NCBI GenBank assembly: GCA_951406725.2
Contig: OX597818.1
Span: 79,050,001 to 79,114,000, forward strand
Origin: Octopus vulgaris
Taxonomy: Eukaryota
Reading direction: 5' to 3'
Length of the DNA: 64,000 bases
Of the stretch, positions 28,591 to 41,633 are shown in pieces. The notes beneath the pieces are model-generated. The model did no database searches. It was not told the DNA's origin and saw only the letters and a program-made list of their open reading frames with translations. The position numbers and the translations under genes were made by a program. Position 1 is the stretch's first letter, and the number at the start of each line of letters is the position of its first letter.

Positions 28591-30146
28591 ACGGATTAGA
28601 AAAATGCGCCAAAGTAACCATGAAAAGAGGAAAACTAGTTAAGAGTAACAACATCACACTAGATAAAACCAATGAAATAAAAGAATTAGACCAAAGCCAA
28701 ACTTACAAATACTTAGGAATCCATGAACTAGATAAGACACAACACACACAAATGAAAGAGAAAATAAAAAAAGAATATTATAGACGAGTTAGATCAATAC
28801 TAAACACAGAGCTCAATGCTAAAAACAAGATAATAGGTATCAACACTTTAGCTGTCCCAGTTATAAGTTACAGCTACAATATCCTTAACTGGACACGAAC
28901 TGAACTGACCAAAATAGATAGGAAAACAAGGAAAATAATGACAGGATCTAGGATGCATCACCCAAAATCTGACATAGAAAGACTATATATACAACGTATA
29001 GAAGGTGGTAGAGGCCTTATACAGCTGGAAAACTACTATAAAATAATCACCATAGGACTGCAAAAATATCTACTTCAGAAGGAAGGAAAACTGATCCAGA
29101 TAGCGACAAAACACGAGCAAAACAAAAAACTGTTCTCAGTATTTAAGGAAGCTGACAAATACAAACAAGAAATCATACCACCTAATAAACATGAAAAAGA
29201 AGAAGAAGATGAAGAAACAACAAAAGCTATAAAACAAATGAAATCCAAACTAAAAATAGAACAGCAACGAACCATGATAAAACGATGGCAAGAAAAGCCC
29301 CTTCATGGTAAATACTGGACTAAACTAAACGCAAAAGAAATAGACAAAGAAAAATCCCAGCAATGGTTGAGAAGCTTAGGACTCAAAGCAGAAACAGAGG
29401 GATTTTTAATTGCAGCACAAAACCAAAGCCTCCCCACCAGAAATTACCAAAAACATGTAATGAAAAGAAATATTACAAGTAACTGCAGAATATGTGGAGA
29501 TGGACAAGAAACAATAAATCATATTATCTCTAGCTGCCCAGTCCTGGCTAAGAAGGAATATATTCACAGACATGACAGAGTTGGAACCTACATACATTGG
29601 AATCTATGCCAACATTATGGAATAACAACAGAAAAAAGATGGTATAGGCACACACCAGAAAAGGTCACAGAAAACGAGAAAGCAACCATACTCTGGGATA
29701 TGCCGATACACACAGATAGAGAAATTAAGGCCAACAGACCAGATATAGTTGTCAGAGATCATGAAGAAAAAAATGCTTTCTAATTGATGTATCAATACCG
29801 GCTGATGACAACGTGTCTCTAAAAGAAATGGAGAAACTCTCAAAATACAAAGACCTGGAAATAGAGGTAACTAGAATGTGGAATCTGAAAACAGAAACAA
29901 TTCCTATCATAGTAGGTGCATTAGGCATGATAAAAAAATATTCAGACAAATACATAACAAAAACACCAGGACTTACAAACACATATAACATACAGAAAAT
30001 TGCACTACTAGGCACTGCACACATCCTACGCAGAACACTTTCCATACAATAACCATCAGAGCATCACAACAAATCACAGCACATACCCAAGGCACACAGA
30101 GCTGTGCTCGGTAGTGAAGTGAAAGCACGCTATAAAAATAAAACTA

Positions 30147-30150
<4 letters not shown>
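28591..30150 (+). mobile_element. Well-preserved 5'-truncated Dong/R4-type LINE in (AAT)n; one frameshift
   Basis: YKYLG, HPKSDIERLY, CRICG...ETINHIISSCPVLAKKEYIHRHD, RPDIVV...KLSKYKDL (RLE); ORFs 28620-29783 and 29813-30052. Confidence 0.93.
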
Positions 30151-30834
<684 letters not shown>

Positions 30835-31355
30835 ATGCCCTAATGCAGTACCAGGTTTTGTCTCACATGTCTTCTGATCTTAACTTATTGGAAATGTTAT
30901 CATGTACATGTTTTGTTTCAGTGTAAAAATGTGTGCTACAGTTAATGTTCTGCTCAATATCACAGATTTGCTTGTCAGTTTTTGGCCTAAACCAGTTGAG
31001 CATGTCCCTTAGTGGCTGACGATATATGCGTCACTGATCATGAGCTGTGTGTCGAGCAGAATACTTTGGGGTTTGAATAATTCACCTCTAGAAAAATGGC
31101 TGTTTCGTTCAACATCCTTAAACAACCCTTATTCAGGGACCTTTTGAGTGGAATGGACAACCCGATTTAAAGAAAACCCTAACTGGGCCCCACCTGTAAG
31201 GCCGCGCGCCGTTTATCTTGACATGAGATCACGATGTCGTGCACATATGGTTGAGATGCATGTGCATGGTGTACTCTTATCAGACAGGTAGACATGATGG
31301 ATATTTTGGGCTTCGTATATTTGTATCCGGGTGTTGTGCACTGCTCCCTCACTCA
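30835..31355. repeat. About 555-bp (AAT)n-flanked dispersed repeat, copy 3
   Basis: Homologous to copies 1 and 2. Confidence 0.8.
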
Positions 31356-31395
31356 AATAATAATAATAATAATAATAATGATAATAATAATAATG

Positions 31396-31490
<95 letters not shown>

Positions 31491-31514
31491 AAGAAGAAGA
31501 AGAAGAAGAAGAAA

Positions 31515-32342
31515 ATGTACGGTCAGTTTGTGAGAGATACGAACGCCAAAACAGATACAGAAGACCGGTGGCTATGGATGAAGAGTGACCTGAAGATAGA
31601 GACAGAAGCACTTATATGCGAAGCACAAGAACAAGCGTTAAAGGACTAACTATGTGAAGCGCAGAATCGACAACACTACCGAGAGTGACAAAAGCAGAAT
31701 GTGTGGTGTGGAGGGTGAAATGGAATGGCACATCGTTAGAGAATACCCGAAATTGGCACAACTCGATTACCAAAAAACGATATGACAATGTAACAAGAAT
31801 GATATCCATTGGGAGCTCTGTGGAAATCATGGCCTACAAAGAGCAAAGACATGGTATGAGCAAAATCCAGGAGGAGTCACCGCAAAGGAAGATTTTAAAA
31901 TCTTGTGGTATGCATTGAATGCACTGATTTAGTGTGATCACCTGGCCAGACATCGGTAACCGGACATTGCTGTGTAAAATAAAAACTTAAGAACTTGCAT
32001 GATAATCGATATAGCATGTCAAGGTGACAAGCTCAAATAGAAAGAACACTGAACAACTACGACGATTTGAAGTGGGAAATACAATGGTTGTAGTCAATAG
32101 TCAATAAGAAGAGCAAACGTGATACCAATAGTAAATAATTGGCTCACTTACAGCATGGCTTACAAAGATTGGTACAAATGTAAAAATAGAACACCTACAA
32201 AAATCATCAATGCTTGGAACAGCAAAATTCATCGCAGGGTTCTTCAAGCATGATCAGTAAACAAGTGTCACCTTATTCTGCTAGCTGTGGCCAACTGACA
32301 CTTTCCATCATACCCAGCAAAATAAACTGTGAGTTTTCGTCA

Positions 32343-32343
<1 letters not shown>
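31515..32343 (+). pseudogene. Degenerate Dong/R4-type LINE, 3' part
   Basis: MYGQFVR...WLWMKSDLKIETEALICEAQEQAL. Confidence 0.85.
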
Positions 32344-32417
<74 letters not shown>

Positions 32418-32429
32418 TATGATAATAAT

Positions 32430-33930
32430 AATCTTACGACAATGGGCTTTATGTCCGTCCGCTCGTCTGTCTGTCTGTCTGTTCCCTCTTCACGGTCAAA
32501 TGGCTGGACCAATGGTCACAATGTTTTTTAAGGATTACGAAGGTGGTGAACAGGAAGTATTTTAGCGAAAGAAAAAAGAAAAGTGAAAGAGTATTATTTA
32601 ATGGATATTAAGTTTTGCATTAATAAAGCCTTTGATTTTTTGTTAAAATACCGGCGACGAAGATTAACTCTGGAATCCCCCGCCCACCGTATAGTTCATG
32701 AATTTAGAGGGTTTAGATTTGCGATACTATCCCTATGTTTCCCATTGTAGATGGGCAGATTTGCTATCTTACTATAATGGGCGTTATGTCGTTTGTCTGT
32801 CCGCCTGTCCGTCTCTTTGTCTGACCCTCTTCACTGTCAGACGGTTGGACCAATGGTTACGATATTTTACGGGATTACAAAGATTGTCGCCAGGAAGGCT
32901 TTTAACGTTAAAAAACCCGAAAGTATGATTATTTCGTGGATATCGATTTTTGAATTGATGAACTACCTTCACATTTTTATTAAGAATTCACCGTCCACGA
33001 ATAATTCTGGATTTTCATCGTATAGTTCGTGGCCCCGTCGTAGATACGAAGGAGATTGCAAAGACGGTTAATAGCGAAAATAAAATGGGAAAATGCGTGT
33101 CAATATATAGTGTGTGTGATTATTTAATGGTCATTGAAGTGTGTCAGTTTCGAGCAGGATTCGAAACAGCTAATCGAAGTGGCTATTGTTTACATCTCAG
33201 TTTTGTCAATCAAAATAACCCATTGTACCAGCACATCCAGACATTATTCGCATAGGACAGGGAGAGGTAAGTCTCAGTTTGATTTTTTGCAACCCTAAAG
33301 AACCCGCTCGCGCATTCACAACAAACAAGGTATAGGGCCAGACTTTAGATTGTGTAGGTATATTTTTACCCACTCTGATGTTTACACACGGCCAGTTATA
33401 CGTCGCAATGAGTAGAGCAACGGACTCCAGTAATTTGAAAATTAGTGTCGATCAAACAGAAAATATCGTCTACAAAGAAGTCTTGTAATCATATTGATAT
33501 AATCGATAGGAATATGATTCATGATTTAAATAAGAAAATTTGTGAACTTTGAATGTATAAGAGTATAAACAAGCATAAAATAGTGTAAATAACTAAAATA
33601 AAAGTATATCTAAATAGTATTTGCTTCTTAATATTTTTTATGTAGTGATCGAAAGAAGGTCTGGCTTTCATTAGGAGTAGTCTAAATAAACATTCATGAT
33701 ACAGAGGCTGGGAATCTATTTCTGTTCGGGAGTGAATCGTCATCACATGTCACTTAGTTGCAAATACGATATAAAACTGCAACAGAATGCTGTATCACCA
33801 ACAATAATGTGATTTCTCTAAGACATCACCCAATAATCTATCAAGTCCATTTACACATTTCTCAACACATACTGCTGTTATGACTTCCCTCCCTCATTTT
33901 ATGCTTCCATCGTAGATGGGTAGATTTGCT
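32430..33930 (+). mobile_element. Helitron remnant with a PIF1 helicase C-terminus
   Basis: 33312-33488 reads AFTTNKV*GQTLDCVGIFLPTLMFTHGQLYVAMSRA...TENIVYKEVL*; hairpin ccatcgtagatgg near 33905, repeated at 32742. Confidence 0.8.
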
Positions 33931-34154
33931 AATAATAGTGATGGTTTAAAATTTTGGTACAAGCCCAGAAATTTTGGAGCGGTTGAAAGTCGATTACATC
34001 GACCGCAGTGTCCAACTGCTACTAATTTATCGAACCCAAAACAATGACTGGCGAAGCCGACCTAGGTGGTATTTGAACTCAGAAGGTAAAGACGGACGAA
34101 ATGTCGCTAAGTAACTTTTTTCGACGAGCTAGCGAGTCTGCCAATTCACCGCCT

Positions 34155-34222
<68 letters not shown>

Positions 34223-34939
34223 ACAAAAACAACAACAATAATAATAATAATAATAATAATAATCAATGTTAGTTCAAGAACTTTAAGATTCAACTTTTGA
34301 AATATCCAAGAGGATAGGTTTCGTTGTAGAACAGAACTTTATCATCATTACTAAAACATATAAACCAAAAATGTCGTTATAGGAATAAGAACAGAACGAA
34401 TAATTATTATTTATTCTGAATTTGTCAGAGATCAGTTGACAAAAATCTGTAAGAAAGCTGGTCATTCCCATATAGATGATAGAAAATATCGCTTACGTCA
34501 AATTTGATCTTATGACTCTAGACCTACAACATCAGCATTTTAAACATGCAGGAATATATAGATGATAGTAAATCAGCTACACTCAGCTTAATGATATTAT
34601 GGCCTGGAATTATACAATACGTGACCCTGTTTCTAAGCATTTTTCCGATAATTCCAATTTGAACAGCAAACTTGTAAATGATTTATACATAAGAGAAGCA
34701 AGAGAAAGCTGACTAATCTGCAAGTGGGTGTTTTGAAACGCTAACGAAGAACAGCATCGTCGTATTTAGTGTTTTTATTTAGGTTGTATGCTCGAATATG
34801 TTTACACGTGTTCTATCGGCTCTTTGTATCATTCCATAATATTCATTGGGGTGTTTCGTCTCTTCCTCTACCACATTTCGCCTCATTCATTGTTACACAG
34901 CCACCACACAGTCCAGTCCTGATGCTGAGTAGTAGTTTG

Positions 34940-35339
34940 CGTACCTCAATGACCCCCCCCCCCAACACCACTCTAATGCGAGCTATGCCAACAGAACTCA
35001 GGTTCCTGGTAGGGTTTTTCATGCTGATCAGGTCAAAATTTCGAGGTCAGACGTATATGAATCACATCTTTCCAAAAGTAGAGGAGGTGGGTTTGCGTAG
35101 ACCTAACAACCTTACTTAGAAATGAAGCAAAGTAAAAGCATTGATAGATAATAAACAACGAGACCTCAGAGAAGAAAGCTTTCCCCAATGGAAGCTTAAG
35201 ACTCAGAGCAGAAAAATTTGAAAGGGTCTTGCAAGGAAGCAAGGATCCAATGTATAGGAAGCAGAAGAGAAACCCTAGAAACGAGAACAGTGGAGAAAAA
35301 ATTATCGATAGCCTACGCTCTACAGGGAGCGAATGGCGA

Positions 35340-35394
<55 letters not shown>

Positions 35395-35395
35395 C
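34940..35395 (+). mobile_element. Short RTE-derived non-autonomous element
   Basis: RTE-like 5' UTR motif gagctatgcc...cctggtaggg...caggtc and 3' gcctacgctctacagggag plus (GTA)n tail; resemblance only. Confidence 0.45.
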
Positions 35396-36214
35396 ATACC
35401 TCATACATTTTCATCTAGATTTCTCTTTTTTTGTTATGAAGTATAATGATGCTGAATCAGCCTACATCATTTTAAACACGGACTTCAATCATAAACCAAC
35501 CACTCATTGTTTCCATCTTATTTTTGTATCTTTAATAAAACAAAAAATTCTTCTTTAGACGTATAATATGGCCGATGTAGATACAGAAGATATTAAAGAA
35601 TTTCATTCTCTGCTGTTATCGAAATAATCAGTCCAATATTGATCCCATTATATTTCAAAAATGGTTAGACACTATCACTCATGAGGACTTGGCAAAGAGT
35701 ATAAAGTAGACTCTTCTCCCTTGCACGAAAGCTTCAGTAGAGCATAAAAGGCATAGCTGTAATTTATATTTGTAAATAAGATCGTTGTTGATACATATTA
35801 TTTCTGGCTCCTAATAGTGTTAGGATACAATATTGTACAGTATTAGAACTCGAAACAGCTAATGCTTTTTACTCTGTTAATAGACTTACACACTCAGCAT
35901 CACGTTCCTTTCTCACTGACGTCTTGAAAGACTAAATCATCACATTTGGATTCTTGAGCTGTATATTCGAATAATATGACTATCAGTTAGTGCTCGTCTA
36001 AGTCTCTCTTGCTTCAGCCTTTACATGCAGGAGTTCCACTGGATCCAGGTTAGAAGGACAATCATTGAAATATTGATCAAATAATTATTGGAACAATAGT
36101 TCTTTCAATTCATGTCTTTGCTGATCATGAAAATATTGACAGTTAGGCACTAAACTTGTCGAAATTCAACTTGAAAAGGTTGGTAAAGATATCGAGCAAC
36201 ACTGTACGAAGGTA

Positions 36215-36710
36215 AACAAGCTTGAAGCTAGAAAAGGACTCGGAGAGCGCATACCTCCGCCAAGCAGCTCATTTCCACTGAAAATCGCCCAATTTCCCAA
36301 ACCAACGCCGGCAAAAGCATAACCTTCTTGGCGGGGTTAAAAAAAAATAACACAGCCATATGATTTTTAAAAAAACCCTTTAAAAACAGGAATCATCTGA
36401 AGCAGTTGTAATACATCAATGACAACAGCAAGCTAGTTTCACGTGTTTTCATGAGAGATGATCAAAGAACGTAACCTTGTAATACGTCAAGTAAAGTAAA
36501 TATAACAAATGAAAAATTCTTCAAGAATCCATAAAAAATCTCGGATCACTACCAAATTTTCATCATCTGTTTTTTGTGTCATTACCAACAGTTCATGTAA
36601 GTTTCATTAAATACCGTACACAACTTTTTGAGTTATTTTGCACAGAGACGGACAGACGGACACACCAACACCGATGAAAACATAACCTTCTTCCTTGGTG
36701 GAGATAATAA
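36215..36710. mobile_element. Helentron-associated (HINE/DINE-like) element
   Basis: Subterminal inverted motifs acctccgccaag / cttggtggaga; acagacggacagac tract. Confidence 0.5.
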
Positions 36711-36951
36711 GTCAAAAAATGTTTAACATAGTCGCTACAGGAACATGAGTTTTAGCTGCTTTGTTGTAACTCTTTCAAACGTAATTTCGTATCAAATGTT
36801 ATGACACCATGATATCAGGCGCTCGACAATTTCACGAGACGACTTTATCGATATTCTGTTTCAATATGTGTGTGTATGTATATATTTATATGTGTATGTA
36901 TGTATGTATGTTTGTATATATGCGTGCAAACAGACATACATACATTCATAC

Positions 36952-36982
<31 letters not shown>

Positions 36983-37357
36983 CATACATACATACATACA
37001 TACATACATACATACATACATACATACATACGTATATACACATGCACACACACTCACACATATATTTATGTGAAGAAGGAGATGCAAAATTTATAAAATG
37101 TTTTCATGCTACTTCAGCTATGTCATAACCGCTGAAGACCAAAACTGCAGTTGAAGTATCTATGTTTACATATATCGAACGTAGTTTCAATGGAATTTGC
37201 ATCTGTGAGAACACCACTTCAATAAGAAAAACAAGAAGGTCGATCTGTAAAATATATTTCGAGTGTAAATTGTCTCCTGTGTTCGAATGTTTCTGTATAT
37301 TGTTGCCCAGAGTGAAATATGCTTGGTATACACACACACGGATACGGATACAAATAA

Positions 37358-37419
<62 letters not shown>

Positions 37420-37437
37420 GAACACTTACACACACAT

Positions 37438-38291
37438 ATGAGGGAGTACCCAAAAGAAACCGGAGCTTTCAATATTATGTTATTCACTTAGCTTTACGTT
37501 TACACATTTTTCGTGTTCAAAGTGTCTCCCTTTCAAACCATGCATCTGTCAAAGATACGTCTTCCACTATTCGAAACAGTGCTGGAACTCTTGTCAAGTG
37601 ATGTCTTTTAACACCTCCGTCGTTTTTTTCTCCACCTGTTCTACATCTGCAGATTCCGTAGCACCAGCTTTCATCAGCACTGATGATCTTCGAAAAAAAG
37701 GTCCAAGTCAACTTTCAGCTCACGATACGAATTCAGTCGTGATTGCTTTTGATCCTCCGTGAGCAAATGAAGCACAAATTTTGCTGCAACTCTTTTCATT
37801 CGTAATTCCTCACTCAAAATCGTTGGGAGGAGGTCCAAGACACACCAGTTATATCAAGAAGCTCGTCAATTGCTTGGTGATAGCCCTCCAAGATCAGTTC
37901 ATGAATTTTCGTGATGTTTTCATTCGCTCGGGAGACACGTGAATATTTCTAAAGCATGAAAACCACTCGTAAACTTGTGTTTAGCTCATGGCAGCGCCCT
38001 TGTAAGCTTTTTGAAGTATGACAACTGTTTTGGCCGCCATTTTCCCCAGCAGAAACAGAATCTCACGGAAACACGCTTTTCCACCGTTTTAGCCATTGAA
38101 AAATTGACGGACAGAGGAGAAATACTGCAAAACAAAGACGTACCACGTGACAGCACGACTTAAATGGACGACACAAGTTGGCAGATTGATGCTTGAGGAT
38201 TTTTTCAAGTGGCTCCTAGCGGTGGAAGCCTAATCTACAACGAGTTTGTCCCACAGAGAACGTCTCCTGTTACTTTTGGGCATCCCCTCGT
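37438..38291 (-). mobile_element. mariner remnant
   Basis: TIRs tgagggagtacccaaaagaaaccggag / ctcctgttacttttgggcatcccctcg; IISADESWCYG. Confidence 0.85.
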
Positions 38292-38769
38292 GTATGCATG
38301 TGCGGCTTGTATTTCTAAATAATTCTAATTATAAATTTACAAAATACAATTTAAAAGTAGTTGCCTCCGTAGGATTAGCTCACGCTGCCAAGTGTGGGGT
38401 GTATATTTTCCTGATATTCACACATACGCACGGGAAACACGCATAAACATATATACACGCACGCATGTGAGAGTGTGTACATATGTGTGTGTATGCGTGG
38501 GCGCGCGTACGTGTGCTATTGCATGGTCGGCGATTAAATTAGCAATAATTCCTAGTCTGTAAAGAAGATGGCTTTTGGGCACTCTACGAGAAGAATATCA
38601 AGGCCTGTCTAAGGGCAGGGGAACTCTGGAGGGTCAACGACCATCAATTCTCATGATATATATATATATATATATATATATTATTTTATTTTATTATATT
38701 ATATTATCTTATATCATTATAAGATTGTAAATAAAACGTGAAAATCAGAGAAGGTTGGAATTCCTTCTA

Positions 38770-38805
<36 letters not shown>

Positions 38806-38808
<3 letters not shown>

Positions 38809-39648
38809 GGTGTTTCAAAAAATTTGATATCATTTCGCAATCTAATAACTTTGCTAGTTCTTGTTCAAATGACTTCAAATTTTAACAGCATGTGTAGAAA
38901 CAGGTCAAAATTGTTTGATATGTTTATCTTTTCAGGTATAGAAAAGGCATTCATCGGAAGAAAAAATGTATTTTGTTTGTTGGAGTATGCTTGAACACAG
39001 TCAAACAACACTGTGCAGCATGCATTTGTGAGAAAGTTCTCTAAAAAGTCACCAACGGCAATGCAGGTTTGGACATAGCGCAAAAAATTCAAAGAGGAAT
39101 GTTATCTGTACACGGCAAAAGGATTTGGACGATTGCTAACACCGGATGAAACAGTCGAGCGGGTTCGCCAAAAACTCATGCGAAGCCCCAAGAGGTCCAT
39201 AAGAAAATTTGGTGAGTCCTGAGGAAACGCTTGCTAATGATACCCTACAAGTTGCAGCTCGTTCAGGCCATAACGCAGATGACAAGCGAAAGCGCAAAAA
39301 TGGGGCTATGTGAAGGGCCTGGTCTATGTCCCCATTCTTCCTGCAAACCTAGAAGAACTCGAGCAGAGAATCACTACCGCACAGGAAACTGTTAGCCAAG
39401 ACATGCTGCAACGTGTTTGGGAGGAGCTGGACTACAGACCTGACGTGTGCCGTATCTCAGGCGATGCTCATATTGAACATTTATGAAATCGTTCGTGGAA
39501 TCCACATGCCTTTGAATTTCTCATTCAAATTTGAAAGAATAAATCTTATGTTGCTCAGCATTAAGCCTGTTTAGTTTCATTTGCTTTGACTATGTAGTTT
39601 CTGTGATATTTACATTTCAAATGATACCAAATGATGTTTTTAAACATC

Positions 39649-39651
<3 letters not shown>
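38806..39651 (+). mobile_element. Tc1/mariner deleted element
   Basis: TIRs cacggtgtttcaaaaaatttgatatcattt / aaatgataccaaat...aaacatcctg; decayed transposase N- and C-termini. Confidence 0.8.
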
Positions 39652-39696
<45 letters not shown>

Positions 39697-39738
39697 CAAT
39701 AATAATTCTCTAAATGAGATATAGACAGTAACTGCTCC

Positions 39739-39883
39739 ATAACATAAGGGACTAAAGCCATCTGAATATGGCTAGGGACAGGGCAGGGTGGTGGGGGTGT
39801 CGCCTGGGGCTAAATGCAACAGTAACACCCCCACCACCCTGCCCTGTCCCTAGCCATATTCAGATGGCTTTAGTCCCTTATGT

Positions 39884-39886
<3 letters not shown>
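39739..39886. repeat. Perfect 62-bp inverted repeat with 24-bp spacer
   Basis: Arms 39739-39800 and 39825-39886. Confidence 0.9.
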
Positions 39887-39933
<47 letters not shown>

Positions 39934-40249
39934 TAGATAGAGAGATAGAGAGATATGTACGCGCACACACACACGCATGTATATATATGCGTGAAGGTTT
40001 AGATATGTTTGTCCTGGTACTCAGTTACAAGAGTGAGGTTGCTCTCTAAGCCTTGGCAAAGGCAAATGACCCAGGAGATAGAGAACTCTAAAGATATATG
40101 AGTTATATAGTTCATTCAGTTTGTGGTAAATATTTGCAATGACTTTGATGCTATCAGCATCTCTAAAAAGCGTATCTGATTCTACAAAAGCCTTCACCAC
40201 TGAAAACAAATGACATTTACAGGTAGAGTACATTGGAGAATCTTTTAGC

Positions 40250-40368
40250 CGAATGAATCGACCTCAGTGCTTATATTTTCAGAGCTGGGTACTTATTCTA
40301 TCGGCCACTTTTGCCGAACCGGTAAGTTACGGGGAGTAAGCATAAAAGTTCCGATTGTCAAGCGGAGG

Positions 40369-40436
<68 letters not shown>

Positions 40437-40483
40437 GCGCGCACACACATACACACACACACACACACACAGATACACACAAT

Positions 40484-40515
<32 letters not shown>

Positions 40516-40670
40516 AACACACACACACAACGAGATTCTTCCAGTTTCTGTCTACGAAATCCACTCACAAGGCTTTGGTCAACCTGAGGCTATAGTAGAA
40601 GAGACTTGCCCAAGCTGCCACGCAGTAGAATTGAACCCGGAACCATGTGATTGGGAAACAAGCTTCATAG
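40250..40670 (-). mobile_element. SINE family A
   Basis: Homology to other copies. Confidence 0.75.
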
Positions 40671-41572
40671 TCATACATACATAATACATAAATAAATACA
40701 TAACTGTGCACATATACACACACATACACATAAACATATATGTATGTATGCATGCATCTATGTATGACTACCTAACCGTCACTCGCAAGATTCTTTGATT
40801 TGATACAATGTAGAATGCATCCGTTATTTTTTTCATGTCTTCATGCAGTCGCAAGCGGATACAGTCACAGTTCGTTCCTCCCAATCTGGTTCCAGTAGAA
40901 CGTCCAGGATGTGACGGCTGAAAGAAATGATGGTTACTCCAGCATAAGCTGGTACTCATTTAATTTTAATACCCTGGAGCAGCATGAAATAAGTTTCCAG
41001 CTGAAGACAGCAACGCGCACCTAATCTATGATTATAAGTTTAACACCATTACCAATAAGCTACGCAAAGAACTAAATTATAAGACAGAAAATATTTCGTT
41101 TTCTTTTTCTCTAATATTACTTCAGAGTAGTGAATGATGTAGAATTTCCGTGTATGAATAGGATCGAAGCCGTTATATGCGTTTCTAAATGCCCGTGTTT
41201 TATATAATGCGAACCATCTAATTCTGGTTGTTTCTTTTTAATACGAAGGCCTCCAAATATGTTTGTAAAGTGCTGTGATAATTACTACGTAGCGGTGATG
41301 ACTAATCCGTTTCTTGAAAGATTTCTCTGTAAGCACCAATAGTTTGTTGATGTGTTGCTGGTTTTGTCAACAAGAAAGCACTACAAGCAATTACAAAACA
41401 TATTTCAAAGTAGAAGGATAAATTGGAGCCCTCTTAACAAAAACAATAGACAATGAGGTTCAATTGATTTAAAATGCTACAATTCCTGTCTTAACGGAAA
41501 CTTCAATACGATTCGCTACGTTAGATAAAAGTTTAGATAAATCCAAAAACAAAGTACTATCTACGGGACGAG

Positions 41573-41577
<5 letters not shown>

Positions 41578-41633
<56 letters not shown>

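Noticed and set aside
35560-36200. Decayed coding-like sequence
   Set aside because: Many stops in the frame inspected and no ORF in the track; family not recognisable.
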